A stretch of 64,000 nt of DNA from the human T2T-CHM13v2.0 reference genome, Homo sapiens. Under the pieces are notes generated by a model. The model did not search any database. It was not told the DNA's origin and saw only the letters and a list, made by a program, of their open reading frames with translations. A program made the translations under genes and the position numbers. Positions 27,714-41,059 of the stretch are shown one piece after another. The stretch lies in assembly GCF_009914755.1 (NCBI RefSeq), contig NC_060928.1; one strand, given 5' to 3'. Each line of letters begins with the position of its first letter. The first letter of the stretch is position 1.

Positions 27714-27949
27714 ATAGATCTATAGATAGGTATATCGCATACACACATACAACACACATACAACACACATACAAGCCTGATGCCTGGCTTAGACAATGAG
27801 GTGTCTGAGAGATAACCAGCCAGTCTAAACGCATTTAAATTTAACACATGAAATACCTGCATATTCTGTCATAGTAAATAAGTGGGCTTTTTAGTCAGCA
27901 AAATCTGGCTGGATCACATCCCAGGACTGTCTTATACCATCTGTGTATC

Positions 27950-28671
27950 TGCGGCAGGGTAAGTAAGATTAGGAGGCCATACTAGCTGTTCCCTTTGTAA
28001 GAAGCCCAGTGGACTCTAGGTCCCTTGCAACTTAGCGTCACCTTAGTGTGTCAGCATCTGTTTTGCAAGGTAAAGAGTTTGCAAGGTAAACTCTTTTGCA
28101 TTCCTATACGATACCACCAGACCGCCAGATGGTTACATGTTCTCAATACCTAGTAAGGCCTAGAGAAGGGAACAAAAGTCTTTTATTTGTGATGTACCTC
28201 CCCCAATCTCCAGCCGATCAGCACTGAAAGCCCAGGAAACTACTAGTTATAAATTTCTGCCTTGTGGGAGCTAGGGATTTCTCTAGGGTCCCGTATGCAC
28301 AACTAGACTCAGGGTCTAGCTTATAGTAACCTTTATGTCATAACAGTAAAAAACACACCCCTAGGTGGAGATTTTATATGCTACTGATACATGTGATGCA
28401 TGTTAGAACATGTAGATGCTAAGCAAATGCTCCAACTGCAGGTCTGCTTTTGCATACTTGACCTCATCAGTATGAGTATGTATGAACAGCTCCCATAAAA
28501 AGAATTCCTCTTAAGGCACTATCTGCCATCTCTCCCTTTGAGCAGCTTGCTTCGCCTCTCAGAGTATACTTTTGTTTTCCAATAAGCTTCTTTGTTTACT
28601 CTGACTTTGGACTCGCTCTCAAATTCTTCTGTGTGGCAAAGTCAAGAACCTGAACCAGCCCACCAACAACA
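27950..28671 (+). mobile_element. ERV1-class (MER4-group) solo LTR inserted in a MIR
   Basis: TG...CA ends with near-TSD TATC/TATT. aaaacacacccctaggtggagatttt, octamer tttgcat, CATAAAA, and ctcgctctcaaattctt...caagaacc 3' end. MIR halves flank it. Exact family not assigned. Confidence 0.75.
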
Positions 28672-28921
28672 TATTATTGGACAAGGTAAGATCTTGGGAA
28701 CCTTTCTGAAACTCATTTGCTCATTTATGATAGAGGGAGCCATATTTCAAATTTGTTGTCAGGATTAAACAAGATGAGGCACATGAAGCAATTAACATAC
28801 TACATGGATTAGAGTTAAGTATTAGTAATAATAAATAATAGCTAACTAAATTCAAATCGAGTAAGAAAAAAATACCAAATACTAGTAAAGGAAAAAAAGA
28901 ATAGACAGAAAAACATGTGGT

Positions 28922-29925
28922 TGACAAAAATTCTCTCCTTGACTAAATTTTAATCAGGATCCTCTGAGTCCAATTAAGCCCCATTCTTGAGCATGTCCTT
29001 CAAGAGCCCAGTTTTTTTTTTTTAATACTTTAAGTTCTAGGGTACATGTGCACAACATGCAGGTTTGCTACATATATGCCATGTTGGTGTGCTGCACCCA
29101 TTAACTGGTCATTTACATTAGGTCTATCTCCTAATGCTATCCCTCCCCCCTCCCCCCTCCCCGCTCCCCACCTCCCCCCACCCCACAACAGGCCCCGGTG
29201 TGTGATGTTCCCCATATAAATCATACTGCTATAAAGACACATGCACACGTATGTTTACTGTGGCACTATTCACAATAGCAAAGACTTGGAACCAACCCAA
29301 ATGTCCATCAATGATAGACTGGATTAAGAAAATGTGGCACATATACACCATGGAATACTATGCAGCCATATAAAAGGATGAGTTAATGTCCTTTGTAGGG
29401 ACATGGATGAAGCTGGAAACCATCATTCTGAGCAAACTATCGCAAGGACAGAAAACCAAACACCACATGTTCTCACTTATAGGTGGGAATTGAACAAAGA
29501 GCCCAGTTTTAGCAAGATTCCTCTCAAGTTGCTTTTGCCAGAATCCATCAATATCTTATCACCCTCAATATCTGATCCAATTTCTCATCCTCCACCATCT
29601 CCCAGTGAATTTGATCACCCAGGTTTATCTTCAGCAAGAATCCTGTTAGGCCAATTTAGCCAGATCCCCACCTCCCCCCACCCACCCCCACCCCCCGCCT
29701 TACCCCTGAGATTTCCTCTTAGAAATTTTCTGTTCACTGATCCCCTCTCCTCCACTCTTCTCCTTGGCTTTGATTTCCCATTATTTCTTGTTATATTCAG
29801 GGTTGAGCCCAGTCTTTCTCCCCTGCTGCAAAACCACACTGCAGTTTTCCCTGCACCAATTGGAATAGTCCTGAATAAAGTCTGCCTTACCGTTTTAACA
29901 AGTGTCTGAATAATATTTTTTAACA
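28922..29925 (+). mobile_element. MER31-family ERV1 solo LTR, split by an L1 insertion
   Basis: tgacaaaaattctctccttgac, agcccagttttagcaaga, cttcagcaagaatcctgttagg, ctgaataaagtctgccttacc, ends taaca. Confidence 0.85.
29012..29496 (-). mobile_element. Short L1PA (PA5-like) with 5' inversion
   Basis: Antisense 3' end with poly(T) at 29012-29213, sense segment at 29214-29496. TSD AAGAGCCCAGTTTT at 29002-29015 / 29497-29510. Confidence 0.95.
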
Positions 29926-32229
29926 CGGAGAAAGAAAAAAAGCAATGGGAAATGATGATGCCTTGTCCCCTGGTAGATAGAACAGAGAGCTTAAGTGTCC
30001 TATCAGCTGCAATTCCCTGACCTGGGAATCTCTGCAGCCCTCAGAGAAGGGGAGAGCCAGAAGGACCCAGCTGATCCTGACTACAAAAGGTTGATATTGC
30101 TGAACTAATTCACAGCCACTGTCTTATCCCCAGGAACAAAATTCCCTCCAACCCACCTACCTTCTTTCTCACAGGCCCCCTGAGAAACGTGAACGCCTGG
30201 CATTCATCATTCACACTCAGGGCTTCTGAACTCCTACTCCAGCGCTATGAGCCAGGATTTATTCTATCAGGTTTCTGCCTTTGTCCTTCAGAGTGCTGAA
30301 TGTTTTGATAATCCCCTTTAAAGGCAGGAGTGATCCACAGGCTAAAGAGAAGCAGCAGGCGTTTTGACGATTGTAGGTATGAATAGACTCTTGTTTCATT
30401 CCAGGTCGAAGTACAGAATCGTGACCCAAAGGCTAGTGATCCAAAAACGAGATTTTTATAATGCCTTAGAATACATGAAGAAAGGAGGGACAGAGAAAAA
30501 GGAGATGCAAAGACCTCCTGATAAAAGTTATCTTAAGAAGGAATAGATAATAGATTCAGTTACCATGAATGTATTTCACTCTTTCTGTGTCTCAAATAAT
30601 ATGCATACAACCCTAAGATCTAATTTATTTCATTTCAGCAAGGGGAGTATGCCTGAAGAGATGTACTGGCAAATATTTTTCAAGAATTGTTAAAATTGTC
30701 CTGAGGTTGTAAAGCTTCATTATTTCTAACTAAATGGCAAATATAGTATTAACTTTTTCTATGAAGCCAGTATAGAACACATCCATACAGCTGTCACAGA
30801 AAATGTAACCTTCACCTTACAATTGTTTCTTAGATTCCACTTGGAAGTGGTCTGGAACTTAAAACCTAATCATTCATGATTTCCAACATGGTCCATTAGC
30901 TCCAATATTCATGTATAGATTCATTGATATCATTAGTAAAAATCTTTAGAAATGTGAACCACAGAAAGGTATCCACCATTTTGTATGTGCATTTTCTCTG
31001 TCACTTTTCAAAGTATGACAGAAGTAGAGAGAACCACGTTGTCCAAATAAAACCCAATCTCTTTGAATGTTTAAATATTAAATTAATTTATTCAACAAAG
31101 ATTTAGAGAGCCTTCCAGGTATAAGGTGATATATACTTGAAACGAGCTTGTAGTAAAAAGGTTTCCTCTCATAGAAAAGGAGTGTTACTAAACCTAAATG
31201 ATACAATGCATTATGCAAACCAACCACTCAGCTGACCCACAGTTGAAAGCACTTACTGCCTCATAGCCATGCCCATCAATTACAGAACTCATTTCTGCTG
31301 AGCCCTAGATAGACCTGAAAATCTACCTCAAAAGAACAATGCAAAAACAGTATTATCAGTCCATCAGAATTAAAAGAAATGAAAATAATTTGGCCTTTTA
31401 GAGTTAGCTAATACACACATACCACAGTGCCTGGCACAAAATAGTCACTGAGAAAATGTTTGGTCAATGAATGATTCACTGAATTCACTGTTGAAAGACT
31501 GAATTATTACTATTGGACAAAATCATGAGACTAAACATTTAGGACAATCTATCTGAACATACAAACAGCCTTGCCAACCACAACAAAATTATAAAAATAA
31601 GACCCAAAGGAATCCCTAATTGAAAGCATCCCGGTTACAAAATAAGTCCTGAAGTGAATTCTGTAAACAGATCAATAGGAAGTTTCAAATAAATAGGTCT
31701 TGTAGGAGTAATCAATGCTGTCTGGGTGAAAGATTCAGCAGGCTTCTAAACAACAGAGGGCATTTATCTTTGAACAGATTCCTTGGCCATTTGAGGGCAG
31801 GAAGGTGAACAAGGCTGAGACCTATTGTCAGGCTAGCTGAAATTCTACCTCCCCATGCATTTTGTTCACTCTGCTCACACAAGATAATTTGCTTGCTCTC
31901 TCTACATTTTCTGAAGACTTGCAAGGCAAAAATCCTGGGCTCTTGCCAAGCTGTATTACATTCACTGTGACTGATACGCATAGCCGCAACAAGGAGTAGC
32001 ACTGTTATTCGAAGGGGGCACCTAACCATATCATTGGGTGGAATTGTTAGACCAGAATGGTTATGTCACATTCGATTACAATGTACACAACATGTTAAGT
32101 CTAAAGCAGGAATTATTTATAGAACCCAACTTTCATTGTTAGAGAAGCTTCCTGAGACTGCTTGAATTCTTACTGTTCCCTCCTTCTCTAAATTGCTAAA
32201 TGTATCTTTTAATATTTTGCTGACTAATC

Positions 32230-32660
32230 TCAGTTGCCTCTTCACATTTACTCTCTGTCCTTCTCCATCATGCTGCATGAGGCCGTCTGTCCAAACTGCT
32301 TTACCTGGGTTCCTGAGCTCTCTGGCTTTCAGCTGGTTTGGGGGTTGATGGAGACAGACATTAGAATGTATGTTCTCTGGGATCTGACCCACAGAGGGAG
32401 AGAGAATGGCTGTGCTCCTTTAGATAAGGCTGTAACTCCTATCAGGAGGTATTTCCCTGCAGTGATAGCCACAGCTCTCTCCAGATTCTGGAAAAGGCTT
32501 CTTCCCCTCTCAGTTTCATGGGTTAGTAATGGCTCCTGATATTTGCTACTCCTTGGGTGCTACACCATTCTATTTTGCTTCTCTTTTTTACCCACAAATT
32601 GGTAAATTGTTCTCTCACTTAACCTCTCTTCAATCACCCTATTTCATGCCAGGATTCTAA
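32230..32660. mobile_element. ERVL LTR33-like relic
   Basis: ctctctggctttcagctggtttgg, gtaatggctcc, ctctcttcaatcaccct, tgccaggattct. Confidence 0.55.
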
Positions 32661-32914
32661 TTTATATAAATACATATCACAACATTTAGCATTCTTTTTA
32701 CTATTTTTACTACCTTTCCATATTTCCCATCTGATTCCTGTATAAATTTCTAATTTCTAACTTGATTGTATTTCTCTGAAACAAGGAGTGTGCCACATCC
32801 TCTGGGCTCATAAGATTTCAATAGAGGGTAGGAATTGATGTGGTTCTCGAACTCTTATTGCTGGGAAGGAGGCATATTTGAGAAGAGTTCTGACAACAAA
32901 CAACGACAACTAAA

Positions 32915-33140
32915 AATTGTTGAGAGCTCACTATCTGCCAGACAACTGTGACAGACATTTTCCCTATAAGTCTGTGTTTTATATAACTACCTTGTAAGTT
33001 ATATCTTATTATTGTCATTTCTTAAGATAAGGAATCTGAGGCACAAATGTAACTTAAACAAGGTCACAGAGCTAGTCAGTAGAAAAGCCACGATGCAGAC
33101 TTGGGTCTGTCTGATTCCTGAGTTCATGCCCTTTCCCACT
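32915..33140 (-). mobile_element. MIR SINE relic
   Basis: tgagagctcactatctgccagaca, agataaggaatctgaggcaca, aaggtcacagagctagt. Confidence 0.8.
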
Positions 33141-33893
33141 ATTTGAGATCATCACTCATAATGGACACCATGACTATTGCTCCAGTGAGCCAACTGCTGC
33201 AAATAGAGCTGATTCTTCATTAGACACAGAGTCACCAGCAGCCAATAGAGACAGGATTTGATTAATTCTGGAATTAAATTCAAACAAATAAATAGATAGA
33301 AATAAGTATTTCTGTGGTTCATGTTTTTCACCTATTTACTCATAAAATGCTTTTCTACGTTGAAATAGTCAGTGGTGATTTGGACATGTTGCACTTAGTA
33401 CTCCATATCTGTGAGTTGTATTAGGCATTTCTATACCAGTAGAAGTGATTTTTTTGGCACAATGTCTAGTATGCTGTAAGCACTTAATAAGTATTATAAT
33501 CAATTAAGTTGTTATAGAAGCCTTCTTGTCACCGGAAATCAATGCCTGTGTTCAGCACTGAGAGAAGAACATTGTATCCTTCACAAACAAATACGATTTT
33601 TGATTATTTGATGCTGAAAAATTAAATATGGCAAATTTTCAGATGAGTATAATTGCACTGTATTAATCACACAGGCCTGATTTCATTATAGTAAATGCTA
33701 ATTTAATGTCAGATGCATTTTTTCTAATTGGCACGAGAAATGCTTTTACTTCACATGCCACATGAAAATATTTCAGATCATAGAATTTCAGAAGAAAATA
33801 CAAGCTTATTGACTTAGGGGCATTTCAGGACAAGTAAAATACATTCAAATTATGGTCTACATAGAAAAAGGAGACTTCAGAAAAATCAATTTA

Positions 33894-34353
33894 AGTTCTT
33901 AATTGTTTTTGAACCATGGATCCCTTTCACAGTTTTGTGAAGCCTATGGCCTTCTTCTCAAAACAATGCTTTCCAATGAATAAAAGAAAATACACAGGTC
34001 CATAAAGAAAATTAATCATATTGAAAAAAGCTATAAAAATATTACAAAAGTAAAATTGTGACATAGTGATACACTTCACTATGAACGTATTAACTATCAA
34101 TATGTAGAAATGGGTCAAATACTGTAATTTTTAACTATATCTGTAACAACTGCAATGTGATATTATGATTATGATTCTATCTATGATTTTACTGGAGGCA
34201 AAGTTGCACATAATCTCTGTGCTTTGTTGCTTACACACCCATAATTTAAGGACCTTAAATTCACTGGAAGTTAGTAAAATAAAGATTACATTTTTATTCC
34301 TATGTAAGTTCACTGAACCCTTAAATTCTATTGGTGGGTCCTGGGTTAAGAAG
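33894..34353 (+). mobile_element. MER119-like hAT-Charlie DNA transposon
   Basis: gttcttaa..ccatggatcccttt..gtgaagcctatgg start and ggttaagaa end (inverted termini). Confidence 0.65.
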
Positions 34354-34977
34354 CAGAAGCAGGATTGTAAGCGGAGTACTAAATGAGGAAATACATTAAT
34401 TAGAAAGACAGGAGGAAGGAAAAGACTCCCTTTCTCCAAGACTAAGTGGAAAGAAAACTGGGGCTGTTCGAGTGGAATTAATTTTAGAGCCAAATATACT
34501 CTTGCTCCACAGAACAAAATAAAATGCTATTTTAAAAAAATAAGTTAAAATAGATTTCAAGCAGACTGCCTCATGAAAGTCTTTGAAAACAGAATGTGCT
34601 GAATTTTGAAGTGATTGACAGGATGAAGTGTTTTTTAAAATTTCTAATGTATATTTCATCATAAAAAAGTGAGTGAAAGTTCAAAAAAAGAAAATGGTAG
34701 GACTATACATTTATTTTATATACATGATAAAATCAAACATGTTTTGTCAACGGGAGACTTGAGTCTGGATTATTTATGTTAGCACACTCTCAAATTTGTA
34801 GTGATAACAGGCCATGTGCAAGCCAGTCCATCTGTTAGTGGCCAGACAATCTTAGACAGGCACCACTCAATTGCCTGGATTAGGAGAAAAAAAAAAAGGA
34901 TTAAAGATCAGCAAAAATACACTGACTAAGAACAATATCAGCAGATTTAAAAATAGGTCCATTAAAACCAAATACTG

Positions 34978-35357
<380 letters not shown>

Positions 35358-35938
35358 CTAGAATGGATCAGGAATTTAGAGGGCATATAGTAAGTATTAC
35401 TTAACAGGACTAAATGGTCACCATAGTAACAATCTAGTTACTCTGTATCTTAAGTCTCTCCTCCTAATTTCCCTCTTCAATGGCCACACTGAATTTCCGG
35501 GTTCTTGGTTTTTCCTACCACTCTCCTTTGTTCTCTGGCAATGACTGCCCTCCTGCCTACCTGATTTTTCACCACTGCATATTCTGACCTGAAGAACTTA
35601 GTTCCATTTTAGTACAGATGACTAATCTCCCTGCAGATGCCTCTATTCTTCCTGGACCACCAGGTGTTCTCTAGTCCTGCTTCTGTTTCTAACCCTTCTC
35701 CTTTTACAAGAATATCTCTTAGATATTAAATCTTGGTCCAGCAAAAACCTAGAAGGCCTTTTCTCTCCATGTCACACAATAGACACTGAGGAATGTTCTG
35801 GGGTTGTGGACAAAGAGCCAGAGCCTTCTCAGAACAATTCAGATATGCTGAGTGAGCACAGAGAGATTTCTGAGAACAGGAGGGTAAGAACTTCCAGAGA
35901 ACACAGGCCCATGGAAACTTACACTTTTGTATGTGTGT

Positions 35939-36281
35939 GTTTTGGGTGTTTGTTTGTTTGTTGTTTGTTTTGAGATGCAGTCTCTCTCTGTTGCCCAGGC
36001 TGGAGTGCAGTGGCACAGTCTCAGCTCACTGTAACCAGTGGTATGGTCTCTGCTGACTGTAGCCTCCACCTTTCAGATGCAAGTCATTCTCCTGCCTCAG
36101 CCACCCAAGTAGCTGGGATTACAGGCACACACCACCACGCACAGCTAATTTTTGTATTTTTAGAAGAGACAGAGTTTCACCATGTTGGCCAGGCTGGTCT
36201 CTAACTCCTAATCTCAAGCGATCCACCTGCCTCGACCTCCCAAAGTGCTGGGATTACAGGCATGAGCCACAGTACCCGGCC
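35939..36281 (-). mobile_element. AluS with an internal ~28-bp duplication
   Basis: Antisense dimer with a (TTTG)n tail; cagtgg...gtctc.gct.actgta repeated at about 36008 and 36036. Confidence 0.93.
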
Positions 36282-37650
36282 TTGCCCTTTTGATTTGAAG
36301 ATCACTGTGTCCTCTGATCAACACTTTCTGCATACAGAATAGTTTTCACATCTTCTGCCTATATTAATTAAGTTCATATTGTTTTCTGCTATTGGTCTGC
36401 ATTCTTTCACCTACTACCATCACCCTTTCAAGAAGTATGTACTTTCTCTGCAAATTAATGTTCCTGGTCCCTTCCAGCTAAACCTGGCAATACCCAAGAT
36501 GACAATGAGCAATGCTTTCAACATTATTTTAGCAAATTTACTACTTTAAAGCTTAGGTCACCCTTAAGGCAATTTCTATATTTAAATGAATTATTTTATT
36601 TTCTTTTTATTCTGGACAACATGAACACAAACGTGAAGACTCATAGACAATACAATGAAATATGGTCAGACAAGCAAGCTACATGTACTTCCCACACCTT
36701 GTGGGCCTCAGTACTCTCGTTTTTACAAAAAGGACAGTGGATGTTATTAGAATGAAGTGAGATGAACATAAAGAAGTGAGCTGAGTACTACTTAGTGTCT
36801 CCTTAATTGGGAGTTCCAAGACCCTTGTGGGTCCGTGGCAATACTTTCACTTACTTATGATGAAATTCAAAGAAAAATGCAATGAATTTTTCAGAAGACA
36901 AAATTTATCCAACTAAAATATTGTTTTGTATCCTTAGATTATCATGTGCTGCCTACATTTTTGGGTAGAGCTCTTTCTTTCATAAAATCATTATGATTAT
37001 AGACAGTAGCTTTTCCCCCCTTAGGTCCTTTATATTGCAAAATGAAAATATGAACATATGCCATGTGATCACAGTCCGCTTTTTTAAAAAATTGCACACC
37101 CTCAAGGAACTTAGAGAGGTCTGAAAAGCTTAGATCCTTGTCATAAGGCAAAAAAGTTTCTAAGCATAGTTGAACTCTTAGTTGTCTTGGAAGCTCAGAG
37201 GTATCATATTGAAACCAAGCAAACCCCATGAACTGGAAATGTTTTGGCAGTGCTACTCACCCCTATCCCTCAGCATCCTCTCCCTGTCAGAGGCCGCGGA
37301 CCTGTGAGTCACTCCTCTCAAATCAGAGGCCAATCTGACCAGCATGGCTGCCCCCTTCAGGCAAGCCTGACTGTTGGCTGAAGAGTTCCCTGGACTCCTG
37401 CATTCAGGCTTCTTGTCCAAACTTTAACTCAATAGATCGACTTCATCATTTTGTTCTGTTTTCCTGAATATAAAGTCATGTCTTGCATATTGTAAAGATG
37501 TAGAAAACACAGGAAAGTATCAAGAAGGAAAATGGAACTCATCAATAACCCACCATTAAAGACAACCAATTTTTCCCTTTGAGTATTATTTTCTTGTTTC
37601 GATAATTCATATATTATTTTTATTTTTATATAATTTGAATAATAATCTAT

Positions 37651-38020
37651 TGATATGGTTTCGCTGTGTCCTCACCCAAATCTCATCTTATAGTTCCCAT
37701 AATCCCCACATGTCATGGAAGGGACCCGGTGGGAGGTAATTGAATCATGGAGGCAGTTACCTCCACGTTAGTCTCATGATCGTAAGTTTTCATGAGATCT
37801 GATGGTTTTATAAGGGGCTTTTTTTCCCCACTTTCACTCTGCACTTCGCCTTCTTGCCGTCATGCAAAGAAGGATGTGTTTGCTTTCCCTTCCACCATGA
37901 TTGTAAGTTTCCTGAGGCTTCCCCAGCCCTGCAAAAGTGTGAGTCAATTAAACCTCTTTCCTTTATAAATTACCCAGTCTCAGGTATGTCTTATTAGCGG
38001 CGTGAGAATGGACTAATACA
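37651..38020 (+). mobile_element. THE1C-like MaLR solo LTR
   Basis: tgatatggttt...ggactaataca with a perfect 5-bp TSD TCTAT (37646-37650 / 38021-38025). Confidence 0.95.
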
Positions 38021-41000
38021 TCTATGTATAGTTGACTGTCTTGCTTTTTAAGGAGATATGGCATGGGGAGACTTTTGTCATGCTATTAAGCATTCTCCGA
38101 AATAACTGCATTTATTGACCAAAAATGTTTCATCATATATTTTTTATTATTTAAAAATAGCCTAATGGAAATGTTTGTTTATAAATCTTTGTAAGAAAAT
38201 ATAATTATCATGGTAAGCAAATCAGCAGAATTATTGAGTTGAAAGGTATGAAATTTTAAGGCATTCCATGTAGTCAATGTATATTAGTTTTCCTAATTTA
38301 TATTCTTACCATCAATATAAGAATGTCTGTATCTCCCATATTGGTACCTATTCTTAACCACAGTTAATCTGAAAATTGAAAAGCCAGCAGCTAGTTATTT
38401 TTATATTTTCATCATTAAAAACTACTGAGGTTGAACATATTTGATCTTTATTAGTCATAGTTCTTCCTTGGTCATTGTTATACAGGTTGAATTAAGTTTT
38501 TTCAACATAATGTTGTTATTCTGTTTATTTCTAAGGGAAAAAGAAGAGAACAAAATGATATTAACTGAGAATTTACTGTATGGCATGTATAAAGCTTTAT
38601 TCCAATCTTGTAGTAGCTCTCATAATTATTCTGGTGGATAGCCATCTAGGTTTCCCAGCAAATGGCAATGCTAGAATCCAAACCAGGTGTGTCTGTCTTG
38701 AAAACCTTGAGCTTCACAATCTGGTACGCTTCCAGGAATGCTAACAATGTATGCAACTTAACAATGACCCTATAGTTTTAACCTCTTACTTCTTATGTGG
38801 ATTTGTCAAGGGCAAAACTAAACCAGAAGTTGCAAAAATAAAGATAAAACTCTTATTAATTGATAGTTTTCCATTCTTCCTTTCCCAAGAATACCTGCTT
38901 CTTTGTTTGGGAAGACATTTGTAATGTTAAATTGTTAAGCTGTAATTGTTGTTGGAGTATAGTTCATTTTTAAATCCTTACAGTGAATTATAATATTTTT
39001 TAAAGTCTCCAAGTTCTTAATTTCCTGGCTTTATTCTAAAAGAAATTCTCTTATTTCACTCTAGAGAAATTTTGCTGTTCTGTCTTGACTAATATTTTTC
39101 TTATGGATATGGCTGTCATTTGTTTTCCGCTAAAGACATTATTCAAAGAGAAATTAACTCTTTATATTGAAATAATGCAAATGAATAAACGTGCTATCAT
39201 AATAGGGTGAATGTAGAGAAGCCAGCTTTTCTTCCTAATGTTAATATGTTGGATTATATGTAGGGTTTAAAAGCTAAATGTGAAGGCAGTGAAAGAAAAA
39301 TAGTACCCTAGGATAAAATAGTAAATATTATTTTCAATCAATAAACTTATGATGAGTATTTGAAACCTTAATCTCAAACACATTCAAGAAAATATAGTAC
39401 TATAACTAGGTCACTGTCCTTGAATTTTCAAGGGCTTTTGACCTGATCTAATGATTCTAGTGAATAGACTAAATTGCCTTATCAGAACTATACAGTAATT
39501 GTTAAGTTGCACACGTTGATACGCACACAGTATTAAGCAGAGTTAAAAAGCAGTAGTATATCTGGGTTTGTGGAAATTACCCAGTAATAAAAACTCACAA
39601 TGTAAATAAAGGTCATTTATGTATTAATAAGTTTCTAAATATGTTTTGGGTGAATTGCAAGTAGTCCATTGTTAATGACAGTTTCCCAAAACAACAACTT
39701 TAAAATCTTTGAGGCATCTTAGCCTTGACCCAAACTTAGCTCAATATTTTTCTGCTGCTTCATATAAAACAAATGCTACCAGTACTCACAGAAATCTGAG
39801 GACCTGCCACTCTCATTTACTATAGACCCGTATCCCATGAACATATTAAGACGGGAAAAGATACTACGCATGGAAAAGATTATTTCCACACAAACTGGGA
39901 AGGATCAAGGCTGGTTCCAATCAAAGGAAATTTGAATCTACTAACGCTTATTAAGCAGAAATTGTATCTACTACATTTATAGTTGTGTCTTCATATGAAA
40001 GTGAGTGCAATTAAGTATATTATGTATGTGAGATGTTACCTCCTCTTTCTGGAATTACTGCACAGTTTAATAGACATCAAAGAGTAAGATTCATAAGAAG
40101 GAAAGCACTATGCTATGACATTTAACACTGGCTTATTCAATGCTCAACTGACTCATAAAGTGACTATTACTGTCTCACCACTGTGAGTGAAAAAATGAGG
40201 CTCAGAGTGATTAATTTGCTCAAGGTCACACAGCATTCAAATCTGGTAGGCAAGGGCTTGAACAACCACTAAAGAAGACAGAAAGAAGCAGAAGACAGCG
40301 AAAAAAGCATTTTACAAAACATGAAGAGTTTTTCAAATTTTGTGTTTTGAGACTTAGTTGATCTTTAATGTCTCCAAGGCAAAGTTCAAAGTTAAGAAAA
40401 ATATGCATTTCAAGGAGAAGAAAAGGAGAAGAATTTCTGGAGTTGGGACACGGAAACATAAGTAGATGGGCAGAGGAAAAGCTTGCAGAAGAAGAAACGG
40501 AAGCATGTAGGAGACCAGACAGAATCAAAATAGAAACTGAGAGACTGTACCAAAAGTAGCCTAAAGCAGTCTTTCAAGTGGCTGCGTCCCTGACCCCTGT
40601 AGGGAAAGGGCAGAGGGAGTTTGAACTAGTGTGGACTTCAGGAAGCTTGGGCTTCATTTAAATGCATGGAGAGCTCATCAGCAAAAATGAAATGGAAGTC
40701 TCATCCATGAGTGACTTTTCCTAAGGAGGGTCTCAAGAACTTCTTTTCCAGAATAACCAGACATTGCCATGTGAGCTTCTGAGGTACTATAGTTTTGCTA
40801 ATGTAGTAAAAACAAATATTAAAGAGCTCAACAGAATGTTTTAATACCTGATTATTTTTTTCCCTGAAATTCACTTAAATTCCATGTAGTTATTTAGAAT
40901 CTGGAAATAAAATTAAAATGTACCCTGAATAGACCTTATATTCTATGCTCTCTAGGCCCAAGAAATAACATTCTAAGACCAAAAGATAGATGTCAAAGAA

Positions 41001-41059
41001 AGGCAAATAAGCTTTATAAAAGACATTTAAATGGACAAATTAAAAGTTTGTTTCTGAGT

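Noticed and set aside
27600-27780. Identification as a named forensic STR such as D12S391 or D3S1358
   Set aside because: The repeat structure is similar, but the flanks do not match those I recall, so no name is assigned.
29403-29926. 168-aa and 103-aa ORFs
   Set aside because: Chance frames across the L1 fragment and the MER31 LTR.
40226-40528. ILSGLLH motif reminiscent of adhesion-GPCR TM3
   Set aside because: The match is only a few residues in pyrimidine-rich sequence, with no following YFFL..WM..E motif or credible splice sites.
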